A stretch of 64,000 bases of DNA from Gammaproteobacteria bacterium (GCA_029862125.1 JAOTXY010000009.1:2597-66596); one strand, 5' to 3'. Shown: positions 10,545 to 21,521, numbered from the stretch's first letter. Program-made: numbers and translations. The notes: a model not told the origin generated them from the sequence alone.

Positions 10545-10636
10545 TTCGCTGGTCGCTGTAAATCGTTTAGAATCTTGGCCGCCCATTCTGACATAGACTT
10601 TTGGAACCCATCAAGCTGAGACGCTGGAAACAAGCC

Positions 10637-11290
10637 ATGACACTCGCGATTTTCGATCTTGACCATACCCTGCTTACCGGCGATAGCGACTATCTCTGGG
10701 GTGAATACATGGTTGAAAATAACATTGTTGACGAGCAAAAATTCCGCGCTCGCAACAAGGTTTTCTACCAGGAATATCAGCGTGGAACGCTCGATAACGA
10801 GCGTTACCTGAAATTCGCGCTCGAACCCCTGACACATTTCACTATTGAAGAACTGTATACCTGGCGGGCGGACTATGTGGAAAAATGGATTAAACCGCTA
10901 ATCGCTCCCGGTGCCGCGAAATTACTCGACAGTCATCGCGCCAGCAACCACGAACTGCTCATTATCAGTGCAACCCACCTGTTTATTACCGAACCGATTG
11001 CGCAATTGCTCGAGGTGCCGACCGCACTGGCTACAGAGCCCGAAATCATCGATAACCGTTACACCGGTCGTTATCTCGGCACTCCGACTTACCAGGAAGG
11101 TAAGGTTACCGTGCTAACAGAATGGCTCGGCGACAGCGATCATAGTCTCAATGGCAGTTATTTTTACAGCGATTCGATCAACGATATTTCATTACTCGAA
11201 TTGGTCGATAACCCGAAAGCGGTCAACCCGGATGATGAATTGAAAGTCATCGCCGAAGACCGCAACTGGGAAATCATCGACCTGCTCTGA
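10637..11290 (+). CDS. HAD-IB family hydrolase (phosphoserine-phosphatase-like)
   Basis: MTLAIFDLDHTLL (DxD motif I), later SATHLFI and C-terminal YSDSINDISLL motif IV. Conserved ptsP/rppH neighbour in pseudomonads. Confidence 0.7.
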   Translation: MTLAIFDLDHTLLTGDSDYLWGEYMVENNIVDEQKFRARNKVFYQEYQRGTLDNERYLKFALEPLTHFTIEELYTWRADYVEKWIKPLIAPGAAKLLDSHRASNHELLIISATHLFITEPIAQLLEVPTALATEPEIIDNRYTGRYLGTPTYQEGKVTVLTEWLGDSDHSLNGSYFYSDSINDISLLELVDNPKAVNPDDELKVIAEDRNWEIIDLL

Positions 11291-11342
11291 TGTCGGGGAG
11301 ATGTCCTGCTACAAGGACATCGATGAAATAGCCTGAAACAAG

Positions 11343-11909
11343 CTAGGCCTTGGGCAGCGTAACCCCTTTCTGTCCCTGGTATTTGCCACCCCGATCCTTA
11401 TAGGAAGTTTCGCAGACTTCATCGGATTCGTAGAACAGCATTTGCGCGATGCCTTCGTTAGCGTAAATCTTTGCCGGTAGCGGGGTTGTATTTGAAAATT
11501 CGAGCGTCACATGCCCCTCCCATTCGGGCTCCAGCGGAGTAACATTGACAATAATACCGCAACGGGCATAAGTGGATTTACCAAGGCAGATCGTCAGTAC
11601 GCTGCGAGGTATGCGGAAGTATTCCACGGTGCGCGCCAGCGCAAATGAATTCGGCGGGATAATGCAAACGTCGGATTGAACATCAACGAAACTTTCGTCA
11701 GCGAAATTTTTTGGATCAACAATCGCGGAGTTAATGTTGGTAAAAATCTTGAATTCGTCGGCGCAACGAACATCGTAGCCGTAACTCGAGGTGCCATAAG
11801 AAATGATACGGCCGTTTTCTGATTCCCGGACCTGTCCGGATTCGAAGGGCTCGATCATACCTTCTGCCGCCGCCATTCGACGAATCCATCGGTCCGATTT
11901 AATGCTCAC
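11343..11909 (-). CDS. dcd: dCTP deaminase
   Basis: 188 aa with [14 protein letters not shown]-terminus and conserved Dcd core; length typical. Confidence 0.9.
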   Translation of the reverse strand: MSIKSDRWIRRMAAAEGMIEPFESGQVRESENGRIISYGTSSYGYDVRCADEFKIFTNINSAIVDPKNFADESFVDVQSDVCIIPPNSFALARTVEYFRIPRSVLTICLGKSTYARCGIIVNVTPLEPEWEGHVTLEFSNTTPLPAKIYANEGIAQMLFYESDEVCETSYKDRGGKYQGQKGVTLPKA

Positions 11910-12074
11910 AGGCTTATCTCTGAAAAAGGCGGATTATATCCGCTCCGGGGTACAGGCGTCGATGCAGATTCGATCTTTTAGCATCGCCGGAACCTGATTT
12001 TATCGATTCTAAAGCGCCTTGAATTGCTGCTAAAAAGATTTAAGGCATTCTGACGGTATGCCGATATCTTTATA

Positions 12075-14417
12075 ATGGCTGTTTTTACTCAAACCCGGCC
12101 CAACCCCACGACCTGGCTCAGGAAACTGAGGCAGATGCTGCGCTTTCGCCTCGCGCGTAAATTGTTCCTGGTCGTTTTTGCGGCCATAGTGGTGATCGAG
12201 TTTATTATTGTTTTTCCGTCGTACGGCAATTACGAGTCGTCATTGTTGGCGAATTATCGAGAGGTCGCCCGCGTCGCCGCTTCTGCGGCACTTACCCACC
12301 ATTCTCATGAGAGCATGGCGATCGCTTCAGATCTTGAAAACCTGATTGCCGCCGATCCGCGCCTAGTAGGTGCAAGTGCATTCGATGCCAGTGGAAACTC
12401 GATCGCTAGCGCGGGCGAAACCGTAGAGTTCATACCTGATGAAGAGCAGCGTATGCATGCCGACCTATCGGGTCATGCACCACGTTACGAGCTTTATTTT
12501 TCATCCACGGAACTAGGGATCGAGACCGATTTGATCTTGCGCATGAATGCCGTCCCGATCAAGAAGGATTTGAACCGATTCTTGTTTCGGATTCTTGGAC
12601 TTACCCTGATTATCTGCGCGGTCGCCGGTTCCATCGTGTTTATCTATGTTGTATTTAACCTGATATATCCGCTCGAAGAAATTCATGAAAGCCTGAAGCA
12701 GGCGAAACTCGACCCGGTACGCGCTGACGAAAACAATATTCGTCATGCACGCAAGGATGAGCTTGGCGCAACCATCGATCTGCTTAACGATGCGTTGCGA
12801 GAAATCGGTGAAAGCCATCGTTCCGATGTGGCATTTCAGGAACAGCGCCTGCATGACTTTGCCGAGTCAGGTTCCGACTGGTTTTGGGAGATGGACGAAA
12901 ATCTTTGTTTCACCTACTTTTCCGAAAGCTTTGAAGCGGTATCGGGAGTATCTCCGCAAAAACTACTGGGAAAAACGCGTGCCGAATCCGGTATACCGAA
13001 TATGCCGGTGAAAGCATTTAATGAGCATCTAAGCACACTTGAAAATCGGGAGCCATTTAGGAGTTTCATTCATCCCCGTGACAAGGATGACGGCACCAGG
13101 GTATGGCTCTCGATTAGCGGTAAGCCAGTGTTCGATGCCGATGGACGATTTCTCGGTTATCGCGGATCTGGATCCGACATCACAGTGTTGTACGAGGCTC
13201 AGCAGGAACTGGTCGAGGCCAAGGAAGATGCGGAACAGAGCAACAGGGCAAAATCAGAATTTCTCGCCATCATGAGCCATGAAATCCGCACACCGATGAA
13301 CGGTGTAATCGGGATGACCGATTTGCTGATCGACAGTGGTTTAGACGACAAGCAAAAACAGTACGCCGAGATTATCCAGGATTCAGGTACCGCGCTGCTG
13401 AGAATTATCAACGATATTCTTGACCTGTCCCGCCTCGAAGCAAGACGCATAACCCTTGAACAGGCCGAATTCGAATACTCCAGCGTGGTCACGGGGGTAA
13501 TCGATATTCTGGAACCGCAGGCCAGGGAGAAAGAACTGGTGCTCACCTACGATATCGCTCCCGAGGTACAGGCCGACTACGTTGGTGATTACGGACGATT
13601 GCGCCAGGTCATGGTCAACCTTGTCGGCAATGCAATCAAGTTTACCCAGGAAGGTACTATTTCTATCGAGGTCACACGTGTTGGCGGCGATGATCAAAAG
13701 CCCAGGCTACGTACCGAAATCAACGATACCGGGGCTGGCATTCCAGCTGGCTCGATCGCCAGGTTATTCAAAAGTTTTACCCAGGTCGATGCTTCAACCT
13801 CGCGTAAGTTCGGCGGTACTGGCCTTGGTCTTGCAATTTGTCGCAAGATCATTGAGGCCATGGGTGGTGAAATCGGAGTCTCCAGTACCGAGGGCGAAGG
13901 TAGCCAGTTCTGGTTTGAAATCTCGCTACCATGCGTCGACCCGAACGCTTATGACGAAGATCGTGACGACACCATTACGATTATCCCCGGCCAGCAGTTC
14001 AGGGCCGACAAGACAGGTGCCCAGCTGCGCATTCTGGTGGTAGACGACGTGCCTGTGAACCTGGTCGTGGTCGAGAAAATGCTGGATAGCATTGGATACC
14101 AGGTAGAATCTGTCAGCAACGGATTCGAGGCCGTCGACGCCGTTAAAGCAAAACACTATGACCTGATTTTCATGGATATCCAGATGCCTGAGATGGACGG
14201 CTATGAGGCCACGCGTCAGATTCGCGCGCTCGGTCCAGTCGCCAGTAGCATCCCGATTGTGGCGATTACTGCGAACACCCAGGATGGCGATCGAAAGGCC
14301 TGTATCGCGGCTGGCATGAATGACTATATCGCCAAACCATTTGTTAAAAAGCAACTCGCCAGGTTGCTTAATCTTTACTTTCCCCCCGCAGAACTGGGCG
14401 CCCGTAAAGCCGGTTAA
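12075..14417 (+). CDS. hybrid sensor histidine kinase/response regulator (TM-PAS-HisKA-HATPase-REC)
   Basis: 780 aa. N-terminal TM helices, HisKA H-box [19 protein letters not shown] boxes (VGNAIKFT ... [13 protein letters not shown]), C-terminal receiver [10 protein letters not shown]...[14 protein letters not shown]. Confidence 0.85.
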   Translation: MAVFTQTRPNPTTWLRKLRQMLRFRLARKLFLVVFAAIVVIEFIIVFPSYGNYESSLLANYREVARVAASAALTHHSHESMAIASDLENLIAADPRLVGASAFDASGNSIASAGETVEFIPDEEQRMHADLSGHAPRYELYFSSTELGIETDLILRMNAVPIKKDLNRFLFRILGLTLIICAVAGSIVFIYVVFNLIYPLEEIHESLKQAKLDPVRADENNIRHARKDELGATIDLLNDALREIGESHRSDVAFQEQRLHDFAESGSDWFWEMDENLCFTYFSESFEAVSGVSPQKLLGKTRAESGIPNMPVKAFNEHLSTLENREPFRSFIHPRDKDDGTRVWLSISGKPVFDADGRFLGYRGSGSDITVLYEAQQELVEAKEDAEQSNRAKSEFLAIMSHEIRTPMNGVIGMTDLLIDSGLDDKQKQYAEIIQDSGTALLRIINDILDLSRLEARRITLEQAEFEYSSVVTGVIDILEPQAREKELVLTYDIAPEVQADYVGDYGRLRQVMVNLVGNAIKFTQEGTISIEVTRVGGDDQKPRLRTEINDTGAGIPAGSIARLFKSFTQVDASTSRKFGGTGLGLAICRKIIEAMGGEIGVSSTEGEGSQFWFEISLPCVDPNAYDEDRDDTITIIPGQQFRADKTGAQLRILVVDDVPVNLVVVEKMLDSIGYQVESVSNGFEAVDAVKAKHYDLIFMDIQMPEMDGYEATRQIRALGPVASSIPIVAITANTQDGDRKACIAAGMNDYIAKPFVKKQLARLLNLYFPPAELGARKAG

Positions 14418-15311
14418 CTATATGCTACGCTCACAAAAATGCTCATAGAGTGCATCACTGAAAACCTTGACCCGTCTTGAAACCAGGCGACCGGGAGGAT
14501 AGACCGCATACATACCGACTTCCGGGCGCGGATACTCTGTCAAAATCGCAACCAGGTCACCTGTCTCGATATAATCCTGCAGAAATGCCACCGGGCCACT
14601 CACGATCGCATGACCGCAGCTGGCGACCGCAGCCAGAAACTCGCCATTGTTTGCACTGAGCCGATATTTCATCCTTGGGCTAAAACGCTTTCCATCTTCT
14701 TCGTAGAACCACTGGCGACCTACCGCAACATTACTGTAAACGAGCACTTCGTGCTGCGCCAGTTCTGCCGGGTGGTGCGGTTCACCATGCTGTTTGAGAT
14801 AATCCGGACTCGCGCAAACGCTAAAATGCACGCTCGCAAGTTTACGCGCTCTCAAGCCTGAATCCTGTAACTCCCCAATCCGTATGGCCAGGTCTATATT
14901 CTCCTCGATCAGGTCAACCTGGCGGTCATTGAGATCAATATCGATACTGATATCACGATGGTCGGCAAGGAATTTGCTGATCGGTTCCGCCAACTGGCCG
15001 ACACCAAAGCCGAGCGGCAGCGCCAGCCTTATGCGTCCGGATACTTCGCACTGGGTATCAACAACCAGTTGCTCGGCCTCGTTTAGATCCGCCAGGATTT
15101 GCGTTGCGCGTTGATAGAACTCCTGGCCGGCCTCGGTCAAAGACTGACGCCTGGTGGTGCGCTGTAACAGTTGCACCCCGAGACGCTTTTCAAGCTCACT
15201 GACACGCCGACTCACCATCGACTTCACAATGCCTAGTTTTTCACTTGCATTGCTGAAACCTCGAAAATCCACCACTGCTACAAATGATTCAAGTTCTTCA
15301 AAGCGATTCAT
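14418..15311 (-). CDS. LysR-family transcriptional regulator
   Basis: 297 aa. N-terminal HTH FVAVVDFRGFSNASEKLGIVKSMVSRRVSELEKRLGVQLLQR plus a LysR substrate-binding domain. Divergent from the doxX-azoR-pirin operon. Confidence 0.85.
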   Translation of the reverse strand: MNRFEELESFVAVVDFRGFSNASEKLGIVKSMVSRRVSELEKRLGVQLLQRTTRRQSLTEAGQEFYQRATQILADLNEAEQLVVDTQCEVSGRIRLALPLGFGVGQLAEPISKFLADHRDISIDIDLNDRQVDLIEENIDLAIRIGELQDSGLRARKLASVHFSVCASPDYLKQHGEPHHPAELAQHEVLVYSNVAVGRQWFYEEDGKRFSPRMKYRLSANNGEFLAAVASCGHAIVSGPVAFLQDYIETGDLVAILTEYPRPEVGMYAVYPPGRLVSRRVKVFSDALYEHFCERSI

Positions 15312-15410
15312 ATTGTTCTCATTTTTGAAACTTTAATTTCTATATTCGATTATTTATTTAATTTTAAGAACAATAATAATACCCGTATTAATCACTACGA
15401 GGCAAATGAA

Positions 15411-15815
15411 ATGAATTCAAACTCTTTAACCAACATCTCCATGCTCTCCGCCCGTGCCATGCTTGCGGTAGTTTTCATCATCGCAGGATTCAGCAAGCTT
15501 GGTGCCGGTTACGCGGGTACCCAGGCTTACATGGAATCGGTGGGGCTACCCGGCCTGCTATTGCCAGCCGTGATCGGGCTCGAGATCCTGGGCGGAATCG
15601 CAATTTTGATTGGTTTCCAGACCAGGTTTGCCGCATTGTTGCTGGCCGGTTTTACCCTGCTGGCCGCGGTATTGTTCCATAGCGATTTCAGCCAGCAAAT
15701 GCAGACGATTTTATTCATGAAAAATATCGGCCTCGCCGGTGGATTCCTGTTGCTGGTGGCACAGGGACCGGGTGACTGGGCCTTCAATCCACAATCAAAA
15801 TTGGAGGTAGCTTAG
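15411..15815 (+). CDS. DoxX family membrane protein
   Basis: 134 aa with four predicted TM helices and the DoxX-like pattern (RAMLAVVFIIAGFSKL ... GLEILGGIAILIGF). Confidence 0.7.
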   Translation: MNSNSLTNISMLSARAMLAVVFIIAGFSKLGAGYAGTQAYMESVGLPGLLLPAVIGLEILGGIAILIGFQTRFAALLLAGFTLLAAVLFHSDFSQQMQTILFMKNIGLAGGFLLLVAQGPGDWAFNPQSKLEVA

Positions 15816-15817
15816 TC

Positions 15818-16429
15818 ATGCAAGAGACAAACCGTATTTTACAACTCGACGCCAGTGCCAACCCCGCTGGTGCGAGCAGCAAAAGACTCGGTGACTACCT
15901 GCTAGAGCAGTTGAAGCAGGTTAATCCGGCCGGAGAAATGAAGGTTCGCGATCTGAACCAGGACCTGTCATTCATAGACAGCAGCTGGATAGCCGCCAAT
16001 TTTTCCGCTCCGGACGATCGTAAACCCGCTCAGTCTGCGCACCTGGCTTTTTCCGATCAACTCATTGAAGAGCTTAAGTGGGCTGACCATATCGTGTTGA
16101 CCACACCGATGTACAACTTCGGCGTTCCGGCAACCCTGAAAGCCTGGATCGACCTGGTTTGCCGCGCTGGCGTGACCTTTCGTTACGGCCCCAATGGACC
16201 ACAAGGGCTGCTCGAGGGCAAGCACGCAGACATCATCATTACCACGGGTGGTGTGCCACTGGCGAGCCCGGTAGACTTTGTCAGCGGTTACCTGAAGCAG
16301 GTCTTTAGTTTCATCGGCATCGATGATGTCAATATCGTCGGGGCCGACCAGATGAACCTCGATGCCGAGGCAAGCTTTGCCAAAGCGAAGTCAGAAATCG
16401 AACAGCAATATTCAGCCATTGCGGCCTAG
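15818..16429 (+). CDS. azoR: FMN-dependent NADH:quinone oxidoreductase / azoreductase
   Basis: 203 aa. ILQLDASANPAGASSKRL N-terminus and PMYNFGVPATLKAWIDLV flavodoxin-like motif typical of AzoR. Confidence 0.8.
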   Translation: MQETNRILQLDASANPAGASSKRLGDYLLEQLKQVNPAGEMKVRDLNQDLSFIDSSWIAANFSAPDDRKPAQSAHLAFSDQLIEELKWADHIVLTTPMYNFGVPATLKAWIDLVCRAGVTFRYGPNGPQGLLEGKHADIIITTGGVPLASPVDFVSGYLKQVFSFIGIDDVNIVGADQMNLDAEASFAKAKSEIEQQYSAIAA

Positions 16430-16439
16430 GAGCAAACCA

Positions 16440-17285
16440 ATGAACACACGTAAAGCTCAACAAGTCATTACCGGGCAGGCAACAACCGACGGTGCCGGCG
16501 TGGACCTGGTGCGCGTTATCGGACAACCAGCACTAATGGATCTCGATCCGTTTTTGCTACTCGATGCGTTTCGGTCGGATGATCCCAACGACTATATCGC
16601 TGGCTTCCCACCGCATCCGCATCGGGGTTTCGAGACCGTAACCTACCTGCTCAACGGCCGCATGCGCCACAAGGATAATACCGGCAACGAAGGGGTCATC
16701 GAGCCCGGCGGCATACAGTGGATGACAGCCGGCAGCGGCATCGTGCATTCAGAGATGCCGGAACAACAGGATGGTCTGCTGGAAGGCTTTCAACTGTGGA
16801 TCAACCTGCCGAGTGCTCACAAGATGGACAGGCCGGCATACCAGGAGCATGACGCCACCAATATTCCGACCGAAACCAGGGAAGGCGCCACGCTCAAGGT
16901 AATCAGTGGCGTGACTTCTCAAGGCACGACCGGGCCCGTCACTCAACCACTTACCGACCCGGTTTACCTTGATGTAACGCTGCAGCCTGATAGCGAGTTC
17001 AACGAAATCCTTGCCGCCGATCACAATGCGTTTGTCTACGTTATTAGTGGCCAGCTCGTACTTGAGGATACTGACGGAGATCGGGTTGACCTCGGCTGCG
17101 ATCAACTAGCAGTACTCAGCAAGGGCGATAATGTAGCGCTGCGGAGTGGTGATCAGGCAAGCCGTTTTTTACTGGTCGCCGGTAAGCCGCTAAACGAACC
17201 GGTGGCGCGCGGCGGCCCGTTCGTAATGAATACTGCAGCCGAGGTGCGCCAGGCATTCAGCGATTACCAGCGCGGCAACTTCTAA
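16440..17285 (+). CDS. pirin family protein
   Basis: Bicupin with metal-binding motif FPPHPHRGFETVTYLLNG...HKDNTGN...HSEMP. Start chosen at MNTRKAQ (16440); the tracked ORF extends upstream into azoR. Confidence 0.85.
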   Translation: MNTRKAQQVITGQATTDGAGVDLVRVIGQPALMDLDPFLLLDAFRSDDPNDYIAGFPPHPHRGFETVTYLLNGRMRHKDNTGNEGVIEPGGIQWMTAGSGIVHSEMPEQQDGLLEGFQLWINLPSAHKMDRPAYQEHDATNIPTETREGATLKVISGVTSQGTTGPVTQPLTDPVYLDVTLQPDSEFNEILAADHNAFVYVISGQLVLEDTDGDRVDLGCDQLAVLSKGDNVALRSGDQASRFLLVAGKPLNEPVARGGPFVMNTAAEVRQAFSDYQRGNF

Positions 17286-17340
17286 TACCATTCCCGGGCA
17301 ATCGAGCATCGTACAGAACGGAATTACCAACCCAGGATAG

Positions 17341-18012
17341 TCAGCTACACTTTGAGTCGCCGCAATTAAGGCAGGTAAGGCAGTTGTCGAGACTGACTAC
17401 GGCGCGAGTTTGACATTTTTTGCACAGCTGTGCGGAGCTGGGGAATTCATCATCAGTCGAATCACCCTGTTGATCGTCAAACTCGCGGCGCTTGGCATCC
17501 AGGAATTCCTGTTGTTGCTGATCGGGCCGGCTCTGCTTTAGCATACCGATGGCAACCATGTGCTGCTCGATGACGTCGCCGATTTCGGCCACGATCGACG
17601 GCGTATAACGCCCTCCTTTTTTGAAATATCCTCCCTGTGGATCGAACACGCTGCGCAACTCATCGACCAGAAAAGTGACATCACCACCCTTGCGAAACAC
17701 CGCCGACAAAATCCGTGTCAACGCGATAATCCATTGAAAGTGCTCCATATTCTTTGAATTGATAAATATTTCGAAGGGTCGGCGCAATTCGTGTTCGGTG
17801 CCCGGGTTCAAGGTGATGTCATTAATCGTAACGTACAGCGCGTGTTCCGAGAGCGGCGTCTTTATCTTGTAGGTAGTGCCCTGCAGGGCTTCCGGCCGCG
17901 CCAGGTTTTCATGCATATGGATAACCTCGGCGCTTATCGGGTCACCCGGCTTTACCGCAGACTGCTCCACCACTTCGGATTTAACAATTTTCTGATCTAT
18001 TTTGATGCCCAT
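17341..18012 (-). CDS. nrdJb: class II (adenosylcobalamin-dependent) ribonucleotide reductase, C-terminal subunit NrdJb
   Basis: About 224 aa, starting MGIKIDQ with a GGAG SD. Cys-rich C-terminal tail CKKCQTRAVVSLDNCLTCLNCGDSKCS typical of the NrdJ C-terminus. Directly follows nrdJa with a 25-bp gap, like the split nrdJa/nrdJb of P. aeruginosa. Confidence 0.75.
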   Translation of the reverse strand: MGIKIDQKIVKSEVVEQSAVKPGDPISAEVIHMHENLARPEALQGTTYKIKTPLSEHALYVTINDITLNPGTEHELRRPFEIFINSKNMEHFQWIIALTRILSAVFRKGGDVTFLVDELRSVFDPQGGYFKKGGRYTPSIVAEIGDVIEQHMVAIGMLKQSRPDQQQQEFLDAKRREFDDQQGDSTDDEFPSSAQLCKKCQTRAVVSLDNCLTCLNCGDSKCS

Positions 18013-18037
18013 AGTTACTCCAATTTGAATCTGGCGC

Positions 18038-20194
18038 CTAGAGTTTTCCGTAGTAACCTTCCTTGAGCGCTTCGTGAAGATTCGCGGCAGTGTGTATTTC
18101 ACCATCGTATTCAACGGCTTCATCACCCCTGACCTCTATCGTGTTGCCGTCAGCAAGCGTAAAACGATAAAAAGTGCTGGAAAGATCCTCGCTCTTCACC
18201 AACACGCCCTGGAACGCGGCCGGATTGTAGCGAAAAGTGGTGCAGCCCTTCAGTTTTTTGCGGTAAGCCTGAAGATAAATGTCTTTGAAATCCTCGAATG
18301 GAAAGTCCGTCGGCACGTTTGCTGTTTTCGAAATCGAGGAATCAATCCAGGTTTGCGCTGCCGCCTGCACGTCGACGTGCTGTTGCGGTGTAATGTCGTC
18401 GGCACTGACGAAATAGTCCGGCAACATCGAATTCGATTCACTGTCGGCAGGCATGGCGTCCGCGTCTACCAGCTGCCGGTAGGCCAGTAGCTCATATGAG
18501 AAGACATCGACCTTTTGCTTGCTCTTTTTGCCGTTGCGAATCACGTTGCGCGCGTAGTGATGGGCAAAGCTGGGTTCGATACCATTGCTGACATTGTTGC
18601 CGAGCGACAACGCGATGGTGCCAGTTGGCGCAATTGAACTATGGTGGGTAAACCGCGCGCCCTGCTCTGCCAACGCCGCTACCAGATCGGGCTCGAATTC
18701 GGCGAGTTGCTGCAGGTAACGACTGTAGCGCGCATGCAGAACCTTGCCCTTGACACACATTCCAACTTTCCAGCCATCGTCACGCATTTCGGGCCGTCGG
18801 CGCAGCATCGCTTCGTCGACACTGAAATCCTCTTCCATAATAGGTGCTGATCCTTTTTCGCGCGACAATTCGAGCGCAGCCTGCCACCCGGTGAGCGCAA
18901 GCTCTCGACTCACCCGCGCAGTGAATTCTAGCGAATCTTTGGAGCCGTAAATGATCCGCAGCATCGTCTGGGCCGATCCCAGCCCCAGAAAACCCATGCC
19001 GTGACGCCGCTTGCGCGTAATCTCTTGCTGCTGCTGCGGCAACGGTAATCCATTGATTTCGACCACGTTATCCAGCATGCGGGTAAACACCGCGACCACT
19101 TCGCGAAACTTCTCCCAGTCAAACCTGGCTTGCGAGGTAAACGCATTGCTGACGAAGGCGGTCAGGTTGATAGAACCGAGCAGACAGGCACCATAGGACG
19201 GTAGACCTTGCTCGCCGCAAGGGTTGGTGGCGCGAATGGTTTCGCAAAACCAGTTGTTGTTCATTTCGTTGTAGCGATCGATCAGGATAAAACCAGGTTC
19301 GGCAAAATCGTAAGTCGAACGCATGATCGTATCCCACAGCTCACGCGCGCTGACATGGCGATAAACACGGCAGGCCACCTGTCCGACGTTATTGCAGATG
19401 TAACGTTCGGCTCCTGGCCAACCGCGCCAGATCACCTGCTCTCGGTCAGTCAGGTCGAGAGTTTCATCCTCAACCTCCTCCTGCGTAAGCGGGAAGGCAA
19501 GCGCCCAATCCCGATCCTTGATCACCGCCCGCATAAACTCATCGGTGATCAGCAACGACAAATTGAATTGCCGCAAGCGTCCATCCTCACGCTTGGCCTC
19601 GATGAATTCGAAAACGTCCGGGTGACCAACGTCGAAGGTGGCCATCTGCGCACCGCGACGACCGCCAGCGGAAGAGATGGTGAAACACATACGATCGAAA
19701 ATATCCATGAACGACAGCGGCCCGGAAGTGTGGGCACCGGCGCCCGAGACATAAGCACCGCGGGGTCGCAACGTCGAAAATTCATAACCGATCCCGGCGC
19801 CGGATTTGAGCGTAATGCCGGCTTCGTGCAGTTTTGTCAGTATGCCGTCCATCGAGTCGTCTATTCTGTCCGACACGGTGCAGTTAATCGTCGAGGTCGC
19901 AGGTTTGTGTGCCTGAGCACCGGCATTTGACATGATGCGACCAGCCGGAATGGCGCCGTGCTGCAACGCCCACAGAAAGCGCTCATACCAGTGCTTTCGC
20001 AATTCGGGGCTCTCTTCGAGATCAGCCAACGCACGGGCAACCCGACGGTAGCTATCGTTTATATCCTGGTCTACCGCAAGGCCACCGCGGTCTTTCAGCT
20101 GGTATTTCTGCGCCCAGATTTCCTGCGAGGCGTGTTGCAGTGGAATACCAACAGCCGGTGGATTGGCGGCTGTCAGTTTGTCAGTGAAACTCAT
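18038..20194 (-). CDS. nrdJa: class II ribonucleotide reductase large catalytic subunit NrdJa
   Basis: 718 aa. RNR catalytic core (GAIPAGRIMSNAG..., NPCGEQ active-site region, ten-stranded barrel length) but lacking the C-terminal redox tail, which is encoded by the downstream gene. Confidence 0.85.
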   Translation of the reverse strand: MSFTDKLTAANPPAVGIPLQHASQEIWAQKYQLKDRGGLAVDQDINDSYRRVARALADLEESPELRKHWYERFLWALQHGAIPAGRIMSNAGAQAHKPATSTINCTVSDRIDDSMDGILTKLHEAGITLKSGAGIGYEFSTLRPRGAYVSGAGAHTSGPLSFMDIFDRMCFTISSAGGRRGAQMATFDVGHPDVFEFIEAKREDGRLRQFNLSLLITDEFMRAVIKDRDWALAFPLTQEEVEDETLDLTDREQVIWRGWPGAERYICNNVGQVACRVYRHVSARELWDTIMRSTYDFAEPGFILIDRYNEMNNNWFCETIRATNPCGEQGLPSYGACLLGSINLTAFVSNAFTSQARFDWEKFREVVAVFTRMLDNVVEINGLPLPQQQQEITRKRRHGMGFLGLGSAQTMLRIIYGSKDSLEFTARVSRELALTGWQAALELSREKGSAPIMEEDFSVDEAMLRRRPEMRDDGWKVGMCVKGKVLHARYSRYLQQLAEFEPDLVAALAEQGARFTHHSSIAPTGTIALSLGNNVSNGIEPSFAHHYARNVIRNGKKSKQKVDVFSYELLAYRQLVDADAMPADSESNSMLPDYFVSADDITPQQHVDVQAAAQTWIDSSISKTANVPTDFPFEDFKDIYLQAYRKKLKGCTTFRYNPAAFQGVLVKSEDLSSTFYRFTLADGNTIEVRGDEAVEYDGEIHTAANLHEALKEGYYGKL

Positions 20195-20432
20195 ACTCGG
20201 AACTTACCCCGTGCCAACCGGAACGACTACCATATATCGTATCCAACTATGGCTTAAGTACCGGTATCTAGTGTTTCAGTATTATTGTTCCGACTGGCGG
20301 GATCATTGATCTATATCAATTCAGGACTTCGAATCTTTACAAATTTCCTGGCTTGCCTGGCTGCTGGAATTTGCGAGGATTACAGGATCTGTTTTTGCGC
20401 AGGATGACCTGAAACGGCGAAGCTATTTCAGG

Positions 20433-21521
20433 TCAGTTATTCTGGATTACGATATTGGGGAAGGCGGCCGAGTGATCGCGCGCCTTGGTGGCGAGCTTGG
20501 CCGCGGTCTTGCGCGCTACTTCGCGGTATATTGCAGCAATCGGACTATCCGCCATCGCGGCCACGGTGGGATTACCGCTATCGGACTGTTCCCGAATGTG
20601 AATGTCGAGCGGCAGCGAGCCGAGCAAATCGACACCGTGTTCAGCTGACATGCGCGCACCACCGCCTTCACCGAAAATAGGTTCGCTGTGCCCACACTGG
20701 CTACAGATATGAATGCTCATGTTCTCGATGACGCCAAGCACTGGAACTTCGACCTTTTCGAACATTTTCAGCCCCTTGCGCGCGTCCAGCAGAGCAATGT
20801 CCTGCGGGGTCGTAACGATGACCGCGCCACTGACCGGTATCTTCTGCGCCAGCGTTAACTGGATGTCGCCAGTGCCAGGAGGTAAATCGATTATCAGGTA
20901 ATCGACATCAATCCAACGGGTGTCATTGAGTAATTGCTCGAGTGCCTGGGTGACCATCGGCCCGCGCCAGATCATTGGCGTATCTTCCTCCACCAGGTAA
21001 CCGATCGACATCGACTGGATGCCGTGACCGACCATTGGCTCGAGACTCTTACCATCGGACGACTCGGGCTGGCCCTTACAACCGAGCATGCGCGGAATAC
21101 TGGGCCCATAGATATCGGCGTCAAGAATACCAACCGTCGCACCTTCAGCCTGCAACGCAAGGGCGAGATTAACCGCGGTCGTCGACTTGCCCACGCCACC
21201 TTTACCGGAGGCGACCGCGATGACATTCTTGATCCCCGTCAGGGGTTTCAAATTCTGCTGCACGGCATGCGACTTGACCTGGCTCGAAACTTCTACCTCG
21301 ACCGACCCAATGCCGTCGAGGTCACTCAACGCCGCCTCGATTTCCTGTTTCAGCGAAGCGAAATAACCCGCCGCCGGGTAGCCCAGCTGAATCTGGATCT
21401 TGCAGTTGTCTCCATCCGCTTCGATCGACTTGACGGCCTTGCTCGAGACCAGGTCGGTTTCCATGTTGGGGTCTATGACCTGACCCAGCTTCGTTTCAAT
21501 CTGCGATTTTTCGATTGCCAT
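20433..21521 (-). CDS. apbC: iron-sulfur cluster carrier ATPase ApbC/Mrp
   Basis: 362 aa. Walker A VASGKGGVGKSTTAVNLALAL, CxxC pair CSQCGH, N-terminal DUF59-like domain. Confidence 0.9.
   Translation of the reverse strand: MAIEKSQIETKLGQVIDPNMETDLVSSKAVKSIEADGDNCKIQIQLGYPAAGYFASLKQEIEAALSDLDGIGSVEVEVSSQVKSHAVQQNLKPLTGIKNVIAVASGKGGVGKSTTAVNLALALQAEGATVGILDADIYGPSIPRMLGCKGQPESSDGKSLEPMVGHGIQSMSIGYLVEEDTPMIWRGPMVTQALEQLLNDTRWIDVDYLIIDLPPGTGDIQLTLAQKIPVSGAVIVTTPQDIALLDARKGLKMFEKVEVPVLGVIENMSIHICSQCGHSEPIFGEGGGARMSAEHGVDLLGSLPLDIHIREQSDSGNPTVAAMADSPIAAIYREVARKTAAKLATKARDHSAAFPNIVIQNN

Noticed and set aside
16362-16439. Upstream extension of the pirin ORF overlapping the azoR 3' end
   Set aside because: Homology-consistent start is MNTRKAQ at 16440. 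The extension would overlap azoR by 68 bp and adds a non-conserved basic leader.
19208-19930. 240-aa plus-strand ORF inside nrdJa
   Set aside because: Antisense shadow ORF within a strongly supported RNR gene.
20195-20432. Possible cobalamin riboswitch in the nrdJ leader
   Set aside because: No B12-box-like element (…GCCACTG-type core) seen. Class II RNR needs AdoCbl rather than being repressed by it. Only AT-rich palindromes (NrdR-box-like) are present.
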